Source: Candidatus Zambryskiibacteriota bacterium (lineage in GTDB: Bacteria; Patescibacteriota; Minisyncoccia; Phycocordibacterales; WO2-35-19). Taken from it: a stretch of DNA of 64,000 nt. How positions within the stretch are numbered: position 1 is the first letter of the stretch; the number at the start of each line of letters is the position of its first letter. Both the position numbers and the translations under genes were made by a program. Shown piece by piece: positions 41,990 to 51,815 of this stretch. The notes beneath the pieces are model-generated. The model saw only the letters and a list, made by a program, of their open reading frames with translations. It was not told where the DNA came from and made no database searches. The stretch spans positions 28,463 to 92,462 of the forward strand of contig JASNZL010000004.1 of assembly GCA_048499675.1 (NCBI GenBank). The letters run 5' to 3'.

Positions 41990-43771
41990 ATGCAAACTGA
42001 ACAATCAAATAACGTAGGTATGCTGGTAGTCTTAAAGTACCTATGGAAAGCAGTCAGTCCACAAAAATGGTCTGTTTACTTCACCATATCTGCTTTTTTG
42101 GTAACAAACATCATATCTATACTTATCCCTTTAATATACAAAAAATTCTTTGATATCTTGGCACAAGACGGAGATAAACTACTTTTGAGTCCTAGCCTCA
42201 TAAAATTAATTTTGTATATTTTCTTCCTCCACTGCGTAGTTTGGGTATTTTTCAGAACTGGAATGCTTGCATTAAATAAACTAGAGTCGAGAACCATGGC
42301 GAGAATAAGGCAGATGTCTTTTGACTACATGCTTAAACATTCTTATTCTTTTTACACAAACAACTTTACTGGTTCATTAGTTCAAAAAGTGAGCCGTTTT
42401 AGTAGATCTTTTGAAAGACTCTACGATATGCTTGTTTTCAATGTTATACCACTAGTCATACACGCGACTGGAGTAATAATTGTGGTTTATTTCCAAGAGC
42501 CTTTTATTTCCTACATCATACTTGCTTGGATAACAATTATTTTTATTTTTAATTACTTCTTCCAAAAGTGGAAATTAAAATATGATTTGCTCGCCACAAA
42601 AGCAGACTCCGCAACAAGCGGAGCTTTGGCCGATGCTCTCTCAAATCAAAACACAATCGTTTCTTTCAATGGTTTTTTGAAAGAGTCAGAAGACTTCAAA
42701 AAAATTACCCTAGACCAGTCTGACAAGCAAATACATACTTGGAATCTTTCGATTATAAAAGATTTGGTCCAGTCGGGGCTTATGATTATAGTCGAGCTTG
42801 TGATTTTCTATTACGCAATAAAATTCTGGGAAAGAGATTTGATAACGGTCGGTACTTTTGTATTAATCCAAGTTTATATTTTGGGATTATCAAATAGGTT
42901 GTGGGATTTTGGAAGAATAATCAGAAACATATATGAAAGCTTTGCCGACTCAAAGGAAATGGTTGAGATACTAGAGATGCCATATGAAATAAAAGATATC
43001 CCAACAGCAAAAGACTTAAACGTAACAAAAGGTGAGATAGAATTTAAAAATGTAAATTTTGCTTTCAATCAAACAAGAAATGTTTTGGATGATATTAATT
43101 TGAGAATAAACAATGGTGAAAAAGTTGCGCTTATCGGACCATCCGGAGCAGGCAAATCTACAATAGTTAAATTGCTTCTAAGGATGTATGACTTAACTTC
43201 AGGAACAATAGAGATTGACGGACAAAACATAAAAGAAGCAACTCAAAATAGTCTGAGACAAAACATAAGTTTGGTACCACAAGATCCAGTACTCTTCCAT
43301 AGAACACTTATGGACAATATTAGATACGGCCGAGAAAATGCAACTGATGAAGAAGTTATGGAAGCTTCAAAACTGGCACACTGCGATGAGTTTATACAAG
43401 AGCTACCGCTAAAATACGAAACCTTTGTAGGAGAAAGGGGAATAAAACTTTCTGGTGGAGAAAGACAGCGAGTCGCTATCGCAAGAGCCATCTTAAAAAA
43501 TGCTCCAATCCTTATTCTAGACGAAGCCACTTCGAGTTTAGACTCACATTCTGAAAGTCTTATCCAAGATGCGCTTGAAAAATTGATGCATGGCAAAACA
43601 AGTATCGTAATCGCTCACCGACTTTCAACAATAAGAAAGATGGACAAAGTTATAGTTATAAAAGATGGGAAAGTCGCAGAAGAAGGAAGTCACGAAGAAT
43701 TAACCAAAAAAGAAGAAGGTATATACAAAAACCTATGGGAACTCCAAGCAGGTGGATTTTTGCCTGAATAG
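41990..43771 (+). CDS. ABC exporter, fused permease and ATPase (MsbA/MdlB-like)
   Basis: 6 TM segments plus GPSGAGKST, LSGGERQR and LDEATS. Confidence 0.95.
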   Translation: MQTEQSNNVGMLVVLKYLWKAVSPQKWSVYFTISAFLVTNIISILIPLIYKKFFDILAQDGDKLLLSPSLIKLILYIFFLHCVVWVFFRTGMLALNKLESRTMARIRQMSFDYMLKHSYSFYTNNFTGSLVQKVSRFSRSFERLYDMLVFNVIPLVIHATGVIIVVYFQEPFISYIILAWITIIFIFNYFFQKWKLKYDLLATKADSATSGALADALSNQNTIVSFNGFLKESEDFKKITLDQSDKQIHTWNLSIIKDLVQSGLMIIVELVIFYYAIKFWERDLITVGTFVLIQVYILGLSNRLWDFGRIIRNIYESFADSKEMVEILEMPYEIKDIPTAKDLNVTKGEIEFKNVNFAFNQTRNVLDDINLRINNGEKVALIGPSGAGKSTIVKLLLRMYDLTSGTIEIDGQNIKEATQNSLRQNISLVPQDPVLFHRTLMDNIRYGRENATDEEVMEASKLAHCDEFIQELPLKYETFVGERGIKLSGGERQRVAIARAILKNAPILILDEATSSLDSHSESLIQDALEKLMHGKTSIVIAHRLSTIRKMDKVIVIKDGKVAEEGSHEELTKKEEGIYKNLWELQAGGFLPE

Positions 43772-43804
43772 TATTTTTTATCGTATTGTGATATAATAAA
43801 AGAA

Positions 43805-44098
43805 AGCAATGAAGCTGGCTTGAGTGTAGTAGCTCAAGAAAACACAGCTGAGCTTGAGGAAGAAAGTTGCCCTAAAACATTACTTAGTAATGTTCGGGTA
43901 AACAAGTAGAACCTCACGGGTAAGCCCGTTATAGCGATAATGAGTAATTTGCGAGTACCAGAGAATTGACCCTAAACACCAATAAATTGGTGTCGGGTGA
44001 TCCGCTCTAGTATAAGTGAATCAAGTAAGGTGGCACCGCGTTTAGAGACGCCCTTACAAAATTTCAACTTGTTTGAAATTTTGTAAGGGCGTATTTAA
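43805..44098 (+). promoter_or_regulatory. T-box riboswitch upstream of aspS
   Basis: T-box AAGGTGGCACCGCG (44027-44040); antiterminator GTAAGG-TGGCACC-GCG...CGC-CCTTAC; overlapping 20-bp terminator stem (44048-44092); CCGTTA motif; TGnTATAAT at 43789. Confidence 0.9.
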
Positions 44099-44134
44099 TT
44101 TAAATTATTCCAAAATTAACATTAACCAAAAATT

Positions 44135-45529
44135 ATGGAGAGAATATATATAAAAGACCTAAACAAAGAAATAGGCAAAGAAGTTGTTATCAAAGGATGG
44201 GTGGATGTTGTAAGAGACCAAGGCAAAATGGTATTTTTTGATTTTAGAGACATGACAGGCAAGGTACAAGGAGTTGTTCTTACCGGCAATCAAGAATTAA
44301 CAGACCTTGCAAAGACAATAAGGCCTGAATGGGTAGTTTCAATAAATGGAATAGTCAACAAAAGACCTACAAAAATGGTAAATGAAAAAGTTTTAAACGG
44401 AGATATAGAACTTGAAGTAAAAGAAATAGAAATTCTAAACAAAGCCGAAACACTACCTTTTGATATAACAGTAGATACAGGAAATATAGATGAAAATACA
44501 AGACTCAAATACAGATATCTAGATCTTAGAAGCGAGAGGATGCAAAAAAATATTCGCCTTAGAAGTGAATTTGTAAAAAGAGTAAGGGAGCATTTGTTCA
44601 AAAAAATGTTTACCGAAATTGAGACGCCACTTCTTACCGAATCCACACCAGAAGGTAGTAGAGACTTTGTGGTGCCAAGCAGATTAAACCCTGGAAAATT
44701 TTATGCACTTCCGCAATCACCACAACAATACAAGCAACTCCTAATGACAGCTGGATTTGAAAAATATTTTCAAATAGCGAGAGCAATCAGAGACGAGGAC
44801 TTGAGAGCGGACCGTGGATTTGAACACACTCAAGTCGACATTGAAATGTCTTTTGTAAATATGGAGGATGTAATGAACACTGTAGAAGAGATGATTACAG
44901 AAGTTGTAGAAAGTCTTGGATATACAATCAAACAAAAACCATTTCCAAGAATAAGTTATAAAGATGCTATGGAAAAATACGGTGCTGATAAATTTGATTT
45001 GAGAACTGAAGAGGAAAAAGAGAAAGGAATTTTGGCTTATGCTTGGGTAGTAAACTTTCCATTTTTTGAAAAGACAGACGATGGTAAATGGACATTTACA
45101 CATAACCCATTTTCAATGCCAATCCCTGAACACGTTGAGTGGCTCTTGGAAGGCAAAAACATTGAGAAAATACTTACAACCCAATACGACCTTGTTTGCA
45201 ACGGATACGAGTCAGGAGGTGGGTCTGTAAGAGCACATAAGCCCGAAATTCTTCGCGCAACGTACAAAGTTATGGAATATACCGATGAGCAAATAGAACA
45301 CAGTGTAGGGCATATGTTAGACGCATTCAAATACGGAACACCTCCACATGGCGGAATTGCTCTTGGAGTTGAGAGAAATATAATGAACCTGACAGGAGAA
45401 TCTTTTCTTCGTGAAGTTCAAACATTTCCAATGACAAGAGGAGGACAGACGGCAGTGATGAAAGCGCCGAGCGATTTAAGCGAGAAACAGTTGAAGGAGT
45501 TGGGGATAGAGGTGAAGAAAGGGAAGTAG
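44135..45529 (+). CDS. aspS: Aspartate--tRNA ligase, short form without GAD domain; possibly non-discriminating
   Basis: RLKYRYLDLR, TPEGSRDF, ALPQSPQQYKQ, RDEDLRADR, THNPF and YGTPPHGG. Confidence 0.95.
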   Translation: MERIYIKDLNKEIGKEVVIKGWVDVVRDQGKMVFFDFRDMTGKVQGVVLTGNQELTDLAKTIRPEWVVSINGIVNKRPTKMVNEKVLNGDIELEVKEIEILNKAETLPFDITVDTGNIDENTRLKYRYLDLRSERMQKNIRLRSEFVKRVREHLFKKMFTEIETPLLTESTPEGSRDFVVPSRLNPGKFYALPQSPQQYKQLLMTAGFEKYFQIARAIRDEDLRADRGFEHTQVDIEMSFVNMEDVMNTVEEMITEVVESLGYTIKQKPFPRISYKDAMEKYGADKFDLRTEEEKEKGILAYAWVVNFPFFEKTDDGKWTFTHNPFSMPIPEHVEWLLEGKNIEKILTTQYDLVCNGYESGGGSVRAHKPEILRATYKVMEYTDEQIEHSVGHMLDAFKYGTPPHGGIALGVERNIMNLTGESFLREVQTFPMTRGGQTAVMKAPSDLSEKQLKELGIEVKKGK

Positions 45530-45775
45530 AATTATCCTAATTTACCTAATTTCTAATTATTCTAAAGAAATAAGAAAGAAATTTTAGAATTAAAACAAAT
45601 AATTGTAGTTTTTGACCCTCAGATTTTTAATTTTGGATTTGTTTCGGATTTAGAGCTTAGAATTTAGTATTTAATTGTAGGTTACTTTATAAACCTTCTA
45701 ACTTCCCAACCTCCTCATTCGTGTCATTCGCGCTAATTCGCGTATTGGTGTCGTGTTATTGACTTTCAAACTTTT
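45530..45775. repeat. Mosaic of repeat arms (CTAATT, GGATTT/AGAATTT, ACTTTAT, ATTCGTG families)
   Basis: 45630-45692 is the reverse complement of 46620-46682 (51/63); 45717-45731 = 63457-63471. Confidence 0.88.
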
Positions 45776-45804
45776 TAACTAATTTTTATGCTAAAATATC
45801 CTTA

Positions 45805-46599
45805 ATGTTTGAAGATTTTAAGGTAAAGACAGAAGATTTTGAAGGACCCTTAGAGGTTCTTTTGGAACTAATCGAAAAAAGGAAACTGCACATAAGCACA
45901 GTGTCGCTATCAAAAGTGGCAGACGATTTTATAGAATTTACTAATTCTTTAGAAGAGAAAGATGGGAATTATATATCCAATCTAAGCGATTTTATTTTGG
46001 TTGCCTCAACACTTTTACTCATAAAATCAAAATCACTTTTGCCAACACTTGATTTATCCGAGGAAGAAGAAGAGAACATAGACGACCTAGAAAAAAGACT
46101 CCTTGAATACAAAAAGTTTAAGGAACTTTCTTTGGAGATAAGCAAAATGTTTGGTAATTTTCTATATTTCCCCCAAGAAAGAAAGAAAATAAATGTTGTA
46201 TTTGCTCCAACAAAGGAGATAAATTTGATTACACTAAAAGAAGCCTTGCAAAATGCATTGAACAATATTCCAGTCAAAGAGACAAAGCTCGCAGAAATCA
46301 CAGTCAAAAAAATAGTGAGTTTGGAAGATATGATAGATAAATTATCCGAGCGAATTCAAACAAGCATGAAAACTAGTTTTAAGAACTTCGCTAAAGCTAC
46401 GACAGGAGAGAATGATTTCTCAAAAGTAGGCAAAGGTGGACTTTATGAAATCCCAAAAGAAGAAAGGATAAATGTAATTGTTAGTTTCCTTGCTATGCTA
46501 GAACTAGTAAAACAAGGTATTATAAGAGTAAACCAAGAAAGCGAGTTTGATGATATAGAGATGGAGAATGATAGGGCAGGGGTACCGACATATAGTTAG
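45805..46599 (+). CDS. scpA: Segregation and condensation protein A
   Basis: FEGPLEVLL, ASTLLLIKSKSLLP and SFLAMLEL. Confidence 0.93.
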   Translation: MFEDFKVKTEDFEGPLEVLLELIEKRKLHISTVSLSKVADDFIEFTNSLEEKDGNYISNLSDFILVASTLLLIKSKSLLPTLDLSEEEEENIDDLEKRLLEYKKFKELSLEISKMFGNFLYFPQERKKINVVFAPTKEINLITLKEALQNALNNIPVKETKLAEITVKKIVSLEDMIDKLSERIQTSMKTSFKNFAKATTGENDFSKVGKGGLYEIPKEERINVIVSFLAMLELVKQGIIRVNQESEFDDIEMENDRAGVPTYS

Positions 46600-46790
46600 A
46601 AAGTTCATAAAGGCGCAAGTTATAAAGTAACCCGCAATTAAATACGAAATCCTAAATCCGAAATTCTAAACAAATTCTAAATCCGAAATTATAAATTCAA
46701 AACTTATGAGTAATTAGTGACTAAAAGTTTAAAATTAAATCATTGAAAATTTATTGAAAATTCTAAATTGAAAATTAAAAATTTTAAAAA
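46600..46790. repeat. Mosaic of repeat arms
   Basis: 46731-46770 is identical (40 nt) to 54646-54685; inverted partner of 45630-45692. Confidence 0.88.
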
Positions 46791-46792
46791 CC

Positions 46793-47338
46793 ATGAATCT
46801 CGAGTCAAAAATTGAAGCAATACTTTTTTATAAGAACGAGCCATTAAAGATAAAAAAATTATCAGAGATTTTGGGTGAATCAGAAAGCGCGATAAAAGAT
46901 TCTATAAAAAACTTATCCTCTTCACTCGAAGGAAGAGGAATATGTGTTGTGCAAACAGACGATGAAGTCTCTCTCGTGGTCTCCCTAGCACACAAAGAAC
47001 TAATAGATAAAATATCCCTAGACGAGATGAGTAAAGACATAGGCAAAGCTGGACTTGAGACTCTAGCAATCGTCCTATACAAAGGACCAATATCAAGAAG
47101 AGAAGTTGACCACATAAGAGGAGTTAATTCTACTTTTATCCTCCGAAACCTAACAATAAGAGGTTTGGTAGAAAAGGCCGAAAATACCGAAAACCAACGA
47201 GTACCAAAATACAAAGCAAGTATAAACCTACTTTCGCACTTGGGTATAAGAAACATTGAGGAATTGCCTGAATTTGCTATTTTAAATAGTAAGGCAAGTG
47301 AGGTAATACAAGAAGCAGAAACAGCACAAGAAGAATAA
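46793..47338 (+). CDS. scpB: Segregation and condensation protein B
   Basis: IEAILF, AGLETLAIVLYKGP, IRGVNS and EELP. Confidence 0.94.
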   Translation: MNLESKIEAILFYKNEPLKIKKLSEILGESESAIKDSIKNLSSSLEGRGICVVQTDDEVSLVVSLAHKELIDKISLDEMSKDIGKAGLETLAIVLYKGPISRREVDHIRGVNSTFILRNLTIRGLVEKAENTENQRVPKYKASINLLSHLGIRNIEELPEFAILNSKASEVIQEAETAQEE

Positions 47339-47342
47339 ATTT

Positions 47343-48290
47343 ATGAACAAACTAAAAGAATTTTTTAATATAGAAAACAGAACCAAATACTTTTTTCACG
47401 TACTTGTTTTTCTCTCTGTTCTGTCTATAATTTTTTTCTACTTACTGCTAATTGGTGAGAGGGCGCTCTATCGAAATGAACAGGTTGTCACTGCCGAAAA
47501 AATAAACCCTTTTGATGAAATAAGCTTAGAAGCCAAGAGTGCTTTTGTGTGGGATGTTATAAATCAAAGAGAATTATTTTCCAAAAATAGCGATCTACCG
47601 CTACCTCTTGCTTCACTGACAAAAGTAATGACAGCAATCACTGCGGATATTTACTTACCAGAAAATGCAAAAATAATTATTATAGATGAATATTTAAAAC
47701 CAGAAGGAGACTCAGGTCTTCTTGTGGGTGATATTTGGGATGCAAAAGATTTGCGAGATTTTATGCTAATGACATCTTCAAATGACGGCGCATACGCACT
47801 TGCTTCTGTCGCCCAAGCAATAAAAAGAAACGAACTCGACCCCCAAGCAGAGTTTATAAAAAAAATGAATGAAATAGCTTTGGATATTGGGCTAACAAAT
47901 AGCAAGTATATAAATGAACACGGACTTGATGAAAGTTTGGACAGGGGAGGAGCTTATGGAACAGCACGAGATAGTGCAATTCTGTTTGAATACGCCCTAA
48001 CAAATCACGGAGATATAATGGAAGCAACGAGATACAAAAACTTGAATTTCCAAAGTGGAGCACAAGCGTATAATGCAATCAACACCAACGGCTCAATTGA
48101 CGAAATACCGGGTCTTATTGCCTCAAAAACGGGCTTTACTGACCTCGCAGGGGGTAATTTGGTAATAGCGTTTGATGCCGGCCTCGGAAGGCCTATTATA
48201 GTCTCTATCCTTGGTTCCAGCCGAGAAGGCAGGTTTGTAGATACAAAGAAGTTGGTAGATGCAACGCTACAATACCTTTGGGAAGAATAG
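47343..48290 (+). CDS. D-alanyl-D-alanine carboxypeptidase (peptidase S11)
   Basis: ASLTK (SxxK), SSN (SxN) and KTG motifs; N-terminal TM. Confidence 0.9.
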   Translation: MNKLKEFFNIENRTKYFFHVLVFLSVLSIIFFYLLLIGERALYRNEQVVTAEKINPFDEISLEAKSAFVWDVINQRELFSKNSDLPLPLASLTKVMTAITADIYLPENAKIIIIDEYLKPEGDSGLLVGDIWDAKDLRDFMLMTSSNDGAYALASVAQAIKRNELDPQAEFIKKMNEIALDIGLTNSKYINEHGLDESLDRGGAYGTARDSAILFEYALTNHGDIMEATRYKNLNFQSGAQAYNAINTNGSIDEIPGLIASKTGFTDLAGGNLVIAFDAGLGRPIIVSILGSSREGRFVDTKKLVDATLQYLWEE

Positions 48291-48633
48291 ATATAAGAGA
48301 TAAGATATAAGAGATATGAGGATGATGGTTTGAAAGTTTATAAAGTTGGAAAGTTCATAAAGTTACCCACTAATCCGCGAATGCACACTAATCATACGAA
48401 TAAAAACCGGAAATTTAAAGATTGAATAATTGAAAATTTAAACAATATTTAAAAATTAAAAATTACAAAATTAAAAATTGATTAGTAATTAGTTATTCAT
48501 AACTCGTACTTCGTTACTTCGTATATCATGATCGACATCGTAAAAGTATTTTTGCCGCTAATTTACAATTGGAATTTGGAATTTATTTAAAATAATTAGG
48601 ATAATTAGAATAATTGTATTTAAACTTCGTATC
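48291..48633. repeat. Mosaic of repeat arms plus a 30-bp mraY 5' stub
   Basis: GATATAA, AAAGTT, CACTAAT/CGAAT, AAAATT, CTCGTA and AATTAG arms; 48528-48557 = 54775-54804. Confidence 0.88.
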
Positions 48634-51015
48634 ATGATTTATACAAAACATTTTAAAGAATTAAATAAGAACGATGCTAATATTGCTGGGGGCAAGGGAG
48701 CATCATTGGGGGAGATGACTCAGTCCGGCATACCGGTGCCCGAGGGCTTTGTTGTCTTATCAACTACATTTGACCATTTCCTCAAAGAAACTGATCTTGT
48801 TCAAGAAATTGATGCGATTTTAAAAACTGTGGACCACAAAGCAATTCACACTGTAGATTCTGCTTCTGAAAAAATAAGGGGACTCATTGAAAGCAGAGAA
48901 GTGCCGGACGATATAGCAAAAGAAATAATGAGCGACTTTGAAAAGCTCGGTGCCGAATTTGTGGCGGTGAGATCATCGGCCACAGCCGAAGATGGTGCTG
49001 AACACGCTTGGGCAGGTCAGCTTGAAAGTTTTCTTAATACTGACAAAAATTCACTGTTGGACCATGTTCGCAAATGTTGGGGTTCACTATTCACTCCTCG
49101 CGCTATTTTTTACCGATTTGAAAAAGATTTGAGCGGGACAGAAATCTCTGTCGCTGTTGTTGTCCAAAAAATGATTCAATCTGAAGTTTCGGGTATTGCC
49201 TTCTCAGTTCACCCTATTACCGAAGACTACAATCAACTCATAATTGAAGCGGGGTATGGCTTGGGCGAAGCGATTGTCTCTGGCTCAATTACTCCTGACT
49301 CTTATGTGGTAGAAAAGGGGCCGTTGCAAATCATTGACCAAAATATTGCGGAGCAGAAGAAAGCTTTAGTAAAAGAAGGAGCGAGCAACAATTGGGTGAT
49401 GGTAGAAAAAGAAAAAAGAGAACAACAAAAGCTCTCGGGAAAAGAAATTACAGAGCTCTCAAAAATTATTATACAAATAGAAAAACATTATGGTTTCCCT
49501 TGTGACATAGAATGGGCTTTAGAGGGTGGCAAATTTTATATTGTCCAAAGTAGACCCATCACTACACTTGCTCCGAAAAAAGAATTAAAAACTTTAATAA
49601 ATACTGAAGACTATCATTTTTTTGGTCTATGGAAATGCAACCTTTTCTCTGATTGGTACTGGTCTAAATGGCTTGTTCCTGAATATGCTAAAAGAATTGG
49701 TCTCGATCTAAATGATAGCGGTATTTTTGTAATAAACGGAGGATATTTCTTCACAAAAAAATCTGTTATAGAAACAATCCGCGAGTACGCAAAAAATATT
49801 ATTGAGAGTAAGGATAAGGAAAAATTGGCTCTCCTTAGGAAACTAACAAATGAAATTTATGACACTTCTCTTGCTGTTTCAGAAAAAATAAGCGAGGCAG
49901 AGCCGAATGAAATAAATGTTAGAGAAATGGCTGAGTCGGGTCAGCAAATAATGTTTCCATGGTGTTTCGGGTATATTCTTTCTGAAGTTTTTGATGAATT
50001 TCTTATTCCTGCTGCAGACAAAGCTGGAATTAATAGAGAAGATATTTCTGCTCTTATTCCACCATTTAAAACTCCTCTTATTGAAGCCCAAGATAATTTA
50101 CGCTTAATAAAAAAAGTTTTGGAAGATAAGGGTCATTGGAATCTACTTCTTGAAGATTCCACCAAAGCTATTAATGAAATTCAGAAAGATGAGCAGGTGT
50201 CCAAATTGATTCAAGAGCATTCATTTAAATATGGATGGACTAATATTATGAACCTTGTAGGTGAGGACCCAAATATTGAGCAAGTTATTGATCAGATAAC
50301 CCACATTCCATCTCAACAAACTCATATCACAAACTCTGTAGCGGACGAAGATTTTGAATTTCTAATTCAATGTGCTTCAACCACCGCATATCTCCGTCAA
50401 ACTGGTGTTGAATATTTCTCTATATACTCACGATACGCACAAAAACTTTTAGGATTAGCAGCAAATAAAATTGGTATTACTTACCGAGAACTTCTTGATC
50501 TCAATCTCAACGAAATTATTGATGGAGTTAATGGAAAAGATGTTAAAGAAATTGTAAAAAGACGAGCAAATGATAACTGGGCTATCTATTCAATGCTTAA
50601 CAACGAAGAGCCAGTTGTGTTTGATGACCCTGAAGTAATAAAACAGCTTGTTTCTGTAATGGTGCCAAAAGCCGAGGCTTCAGAAGATGGAACTATCAAG
50701 GGACAGATTGGTAATAAAGGATCAGGGAAAGGAAAAGTAAAAATTATTCTTTCTCTGGATGATTTTCACAAAATGGAACCTGGAGCCGTATTGGTTACTA
50801 CAATGACTACGCCAGATTACGTTCCGTTAATGCAAAAAGCTTCTGCAATTATTACTGATATTGGAGGTTTGCTTTGTCATGCGGCAATCATTTCCCGCGA
50901 GTTAAATATTCCTTGTGTGATTGGTACAAAATTTGCAACTCAACTCCTAAAAGATGATATGGAAGTGGAAGTGGATGCGGATAATGGAGTAGTTAAGATA
51001 TTAGCTAAAAATTAA
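48634..51015 (+). CDS. PEP/pyruvate-binding ATP-grasp + central domain + C-terminal phospho-His swivel (rifampin phosphotransferase-like architecture)
   Basis: AGGKGASLGEM, AVRSSATAED and QSRPIT, then GGLLCHAAIISRE at the C-terminus; no PEP-binding TIM barrel. Confidence 0.85.
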   Translation: MIYTKHFKELNKNDANIAGGKGASLGEMTQSGIPVPEGFVVLSTTFDHFLKETDLVQEIDAILKTVDHKAIHTVDSASEKIRGLIESREVPDDIAKEIMSDFEKLGAEFVAVRSSATAEDGAEHAWAGQLESFLNTDKNSLLDHVRKCWGSLFTPRAIFYRFEKDLSGTEISVAVVVQKMIQSEVSGIAFSVHPITEDYNQLIIEAGYGLGEAIVSGSITPDSYVVEKGPLQIIDQNIAEQKKALVKEGASNNWVMVEKEKREQQKLSGKEITELSKIIIQIEKHYGFPCDIEWALEGGKFYIVQSRPITTLAPKKELKTLINTEDYHFFGLWKCNLFSDWYWSKWLVPEYAKRIGLDLNDSGIFVINGGYFFTKKSVIETIREYAKNIIESKDKEKLALLRKLTNEIYDTSLAVSEKISEAEPNEINVREMAESGQQIMFPWCFGYILSEVFDEFLIPAADKAGINREDISALIPPFKTPLIEAQDNLRLIKKVLEDKGHWNLLLEDSTKAINEIQKDEQVSKLIQEHSFKYGWTNIMNLVGEDPNIEQVIDQITHIPSQQTHITNSVADEDFEFLIQCASTTAYLRQTGVEYFSIYSRYAQKLLGLAANKIGITYRELLDLNLNEIIDGVNGKDVKEIVKRRANDNWAIYSMLNNEEPVVFDDPEVIKQLVSVMVPKAEASEDGTIKGQIGNKGSGKGKVKIILSLDDFHKMEPGAVLVTTMTTPDYVPLMQKASAIITDIGGLLCHAAIISRELNIPCVIGTKFATQLLKDDMEVEVDADNGVVKILAKN

Positions 51016-51017
51016 TT

Positions 51018-51815
51018 ATGGAAGGGTTAAATCAGGAAAATCAAGAGAGTAGAGAAAACGGTAAAAATGTTCATATTAAAACCCAATTTCTTAGACACGG
51101 AGAAAAAAGCTCATTTTATGGGGATTTGAGTGAAAAAGGAATTGAAGATGCTAAAAAGTATGGGAGAGAATTTCCGTCTTCAGAGGGTGGTGTAAAAGGA
51201 TTTCATAGTCATATAAAAAGGTCAAAAGATACATTAGAAAATATTATCCAGGAAGTAGAATCAGAGAAGAAATATAAATCCAGACCACGTAATGAACTGC
51301 TACTTAACGACCCAGGTGAAATATCTTGGTCGGAAGAATCAATAAAAAAATACAGAGAACTAACAGAAAGCCATAAAGGCGATGAGAATGCTGCTTTAGA
51401 CTGGTATTTATCTTATGGCGATAAAAGGCCTGATCAAGATACTATCTCGCCGAAAGAAGCGGCTACGAGAATAGCTCGCTTAATTGAGAAGTATACGCGC
51501 ATGGTTGCTCGCCTAAAAAGCAATTCATCTGTTGATTTTATACACGTATCACATTCTGGAACAATGGAACCATTCCTTCAACAAATTATAGGTGATGAAA
51601 TTGAAGAAAACCCCATAAACCCAGCTGGAAAAACTTTTCTTGAAAAACTTGGTGGAGTAATAAATTTTTTGGAAGGATTCCAGATTGATGTAAAAAGTGA
51701 TGAAAATGATAATATTATGGCCGAACTTACTTTTAGAGGGCGTAAATTCTCCATAGACCTAAAAAAATTGGAGGAAATAACATTCTACGATCGGGATGTT
51801 AATAATGATGAATGA
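51018..51815 (+). CDS. Histidine phosphatase superfamily protein
   Basis: FLRHGE...LSEKG, HSHIKRSKDT and VSHSG. Confidence 0.8.
   Translation: MEGLNQENQESRENGKNVHIKTQFLRHGEKSSFYGDLSEKGIEDAKKYGREFPSSEGGVKGFHSHIKRSKDTLENIIQEVESEKKYKSRPRNELLLNDPGEISWSEESIKKYRELTESHKGDENAALDWYLSYGDKRPDQDTISPKEAATRIARLIEKYTRMVARLKSNSSVDFIHVSHSGTMEPFLQQIIGDEIEENPINPAGKTFLEKLGGVINFLEGFQIDVKSDENDNIMAELTFRGRKFSIDLKKLEEITFYDRDVNNDE

Noticed and set aside
48634-51015. Calling this gene ppsA or rph
   Set aside because: It lacks the PEP-binding barrel of PpsA, and the central domain cannot be shown to bind rifampin from sequence alone
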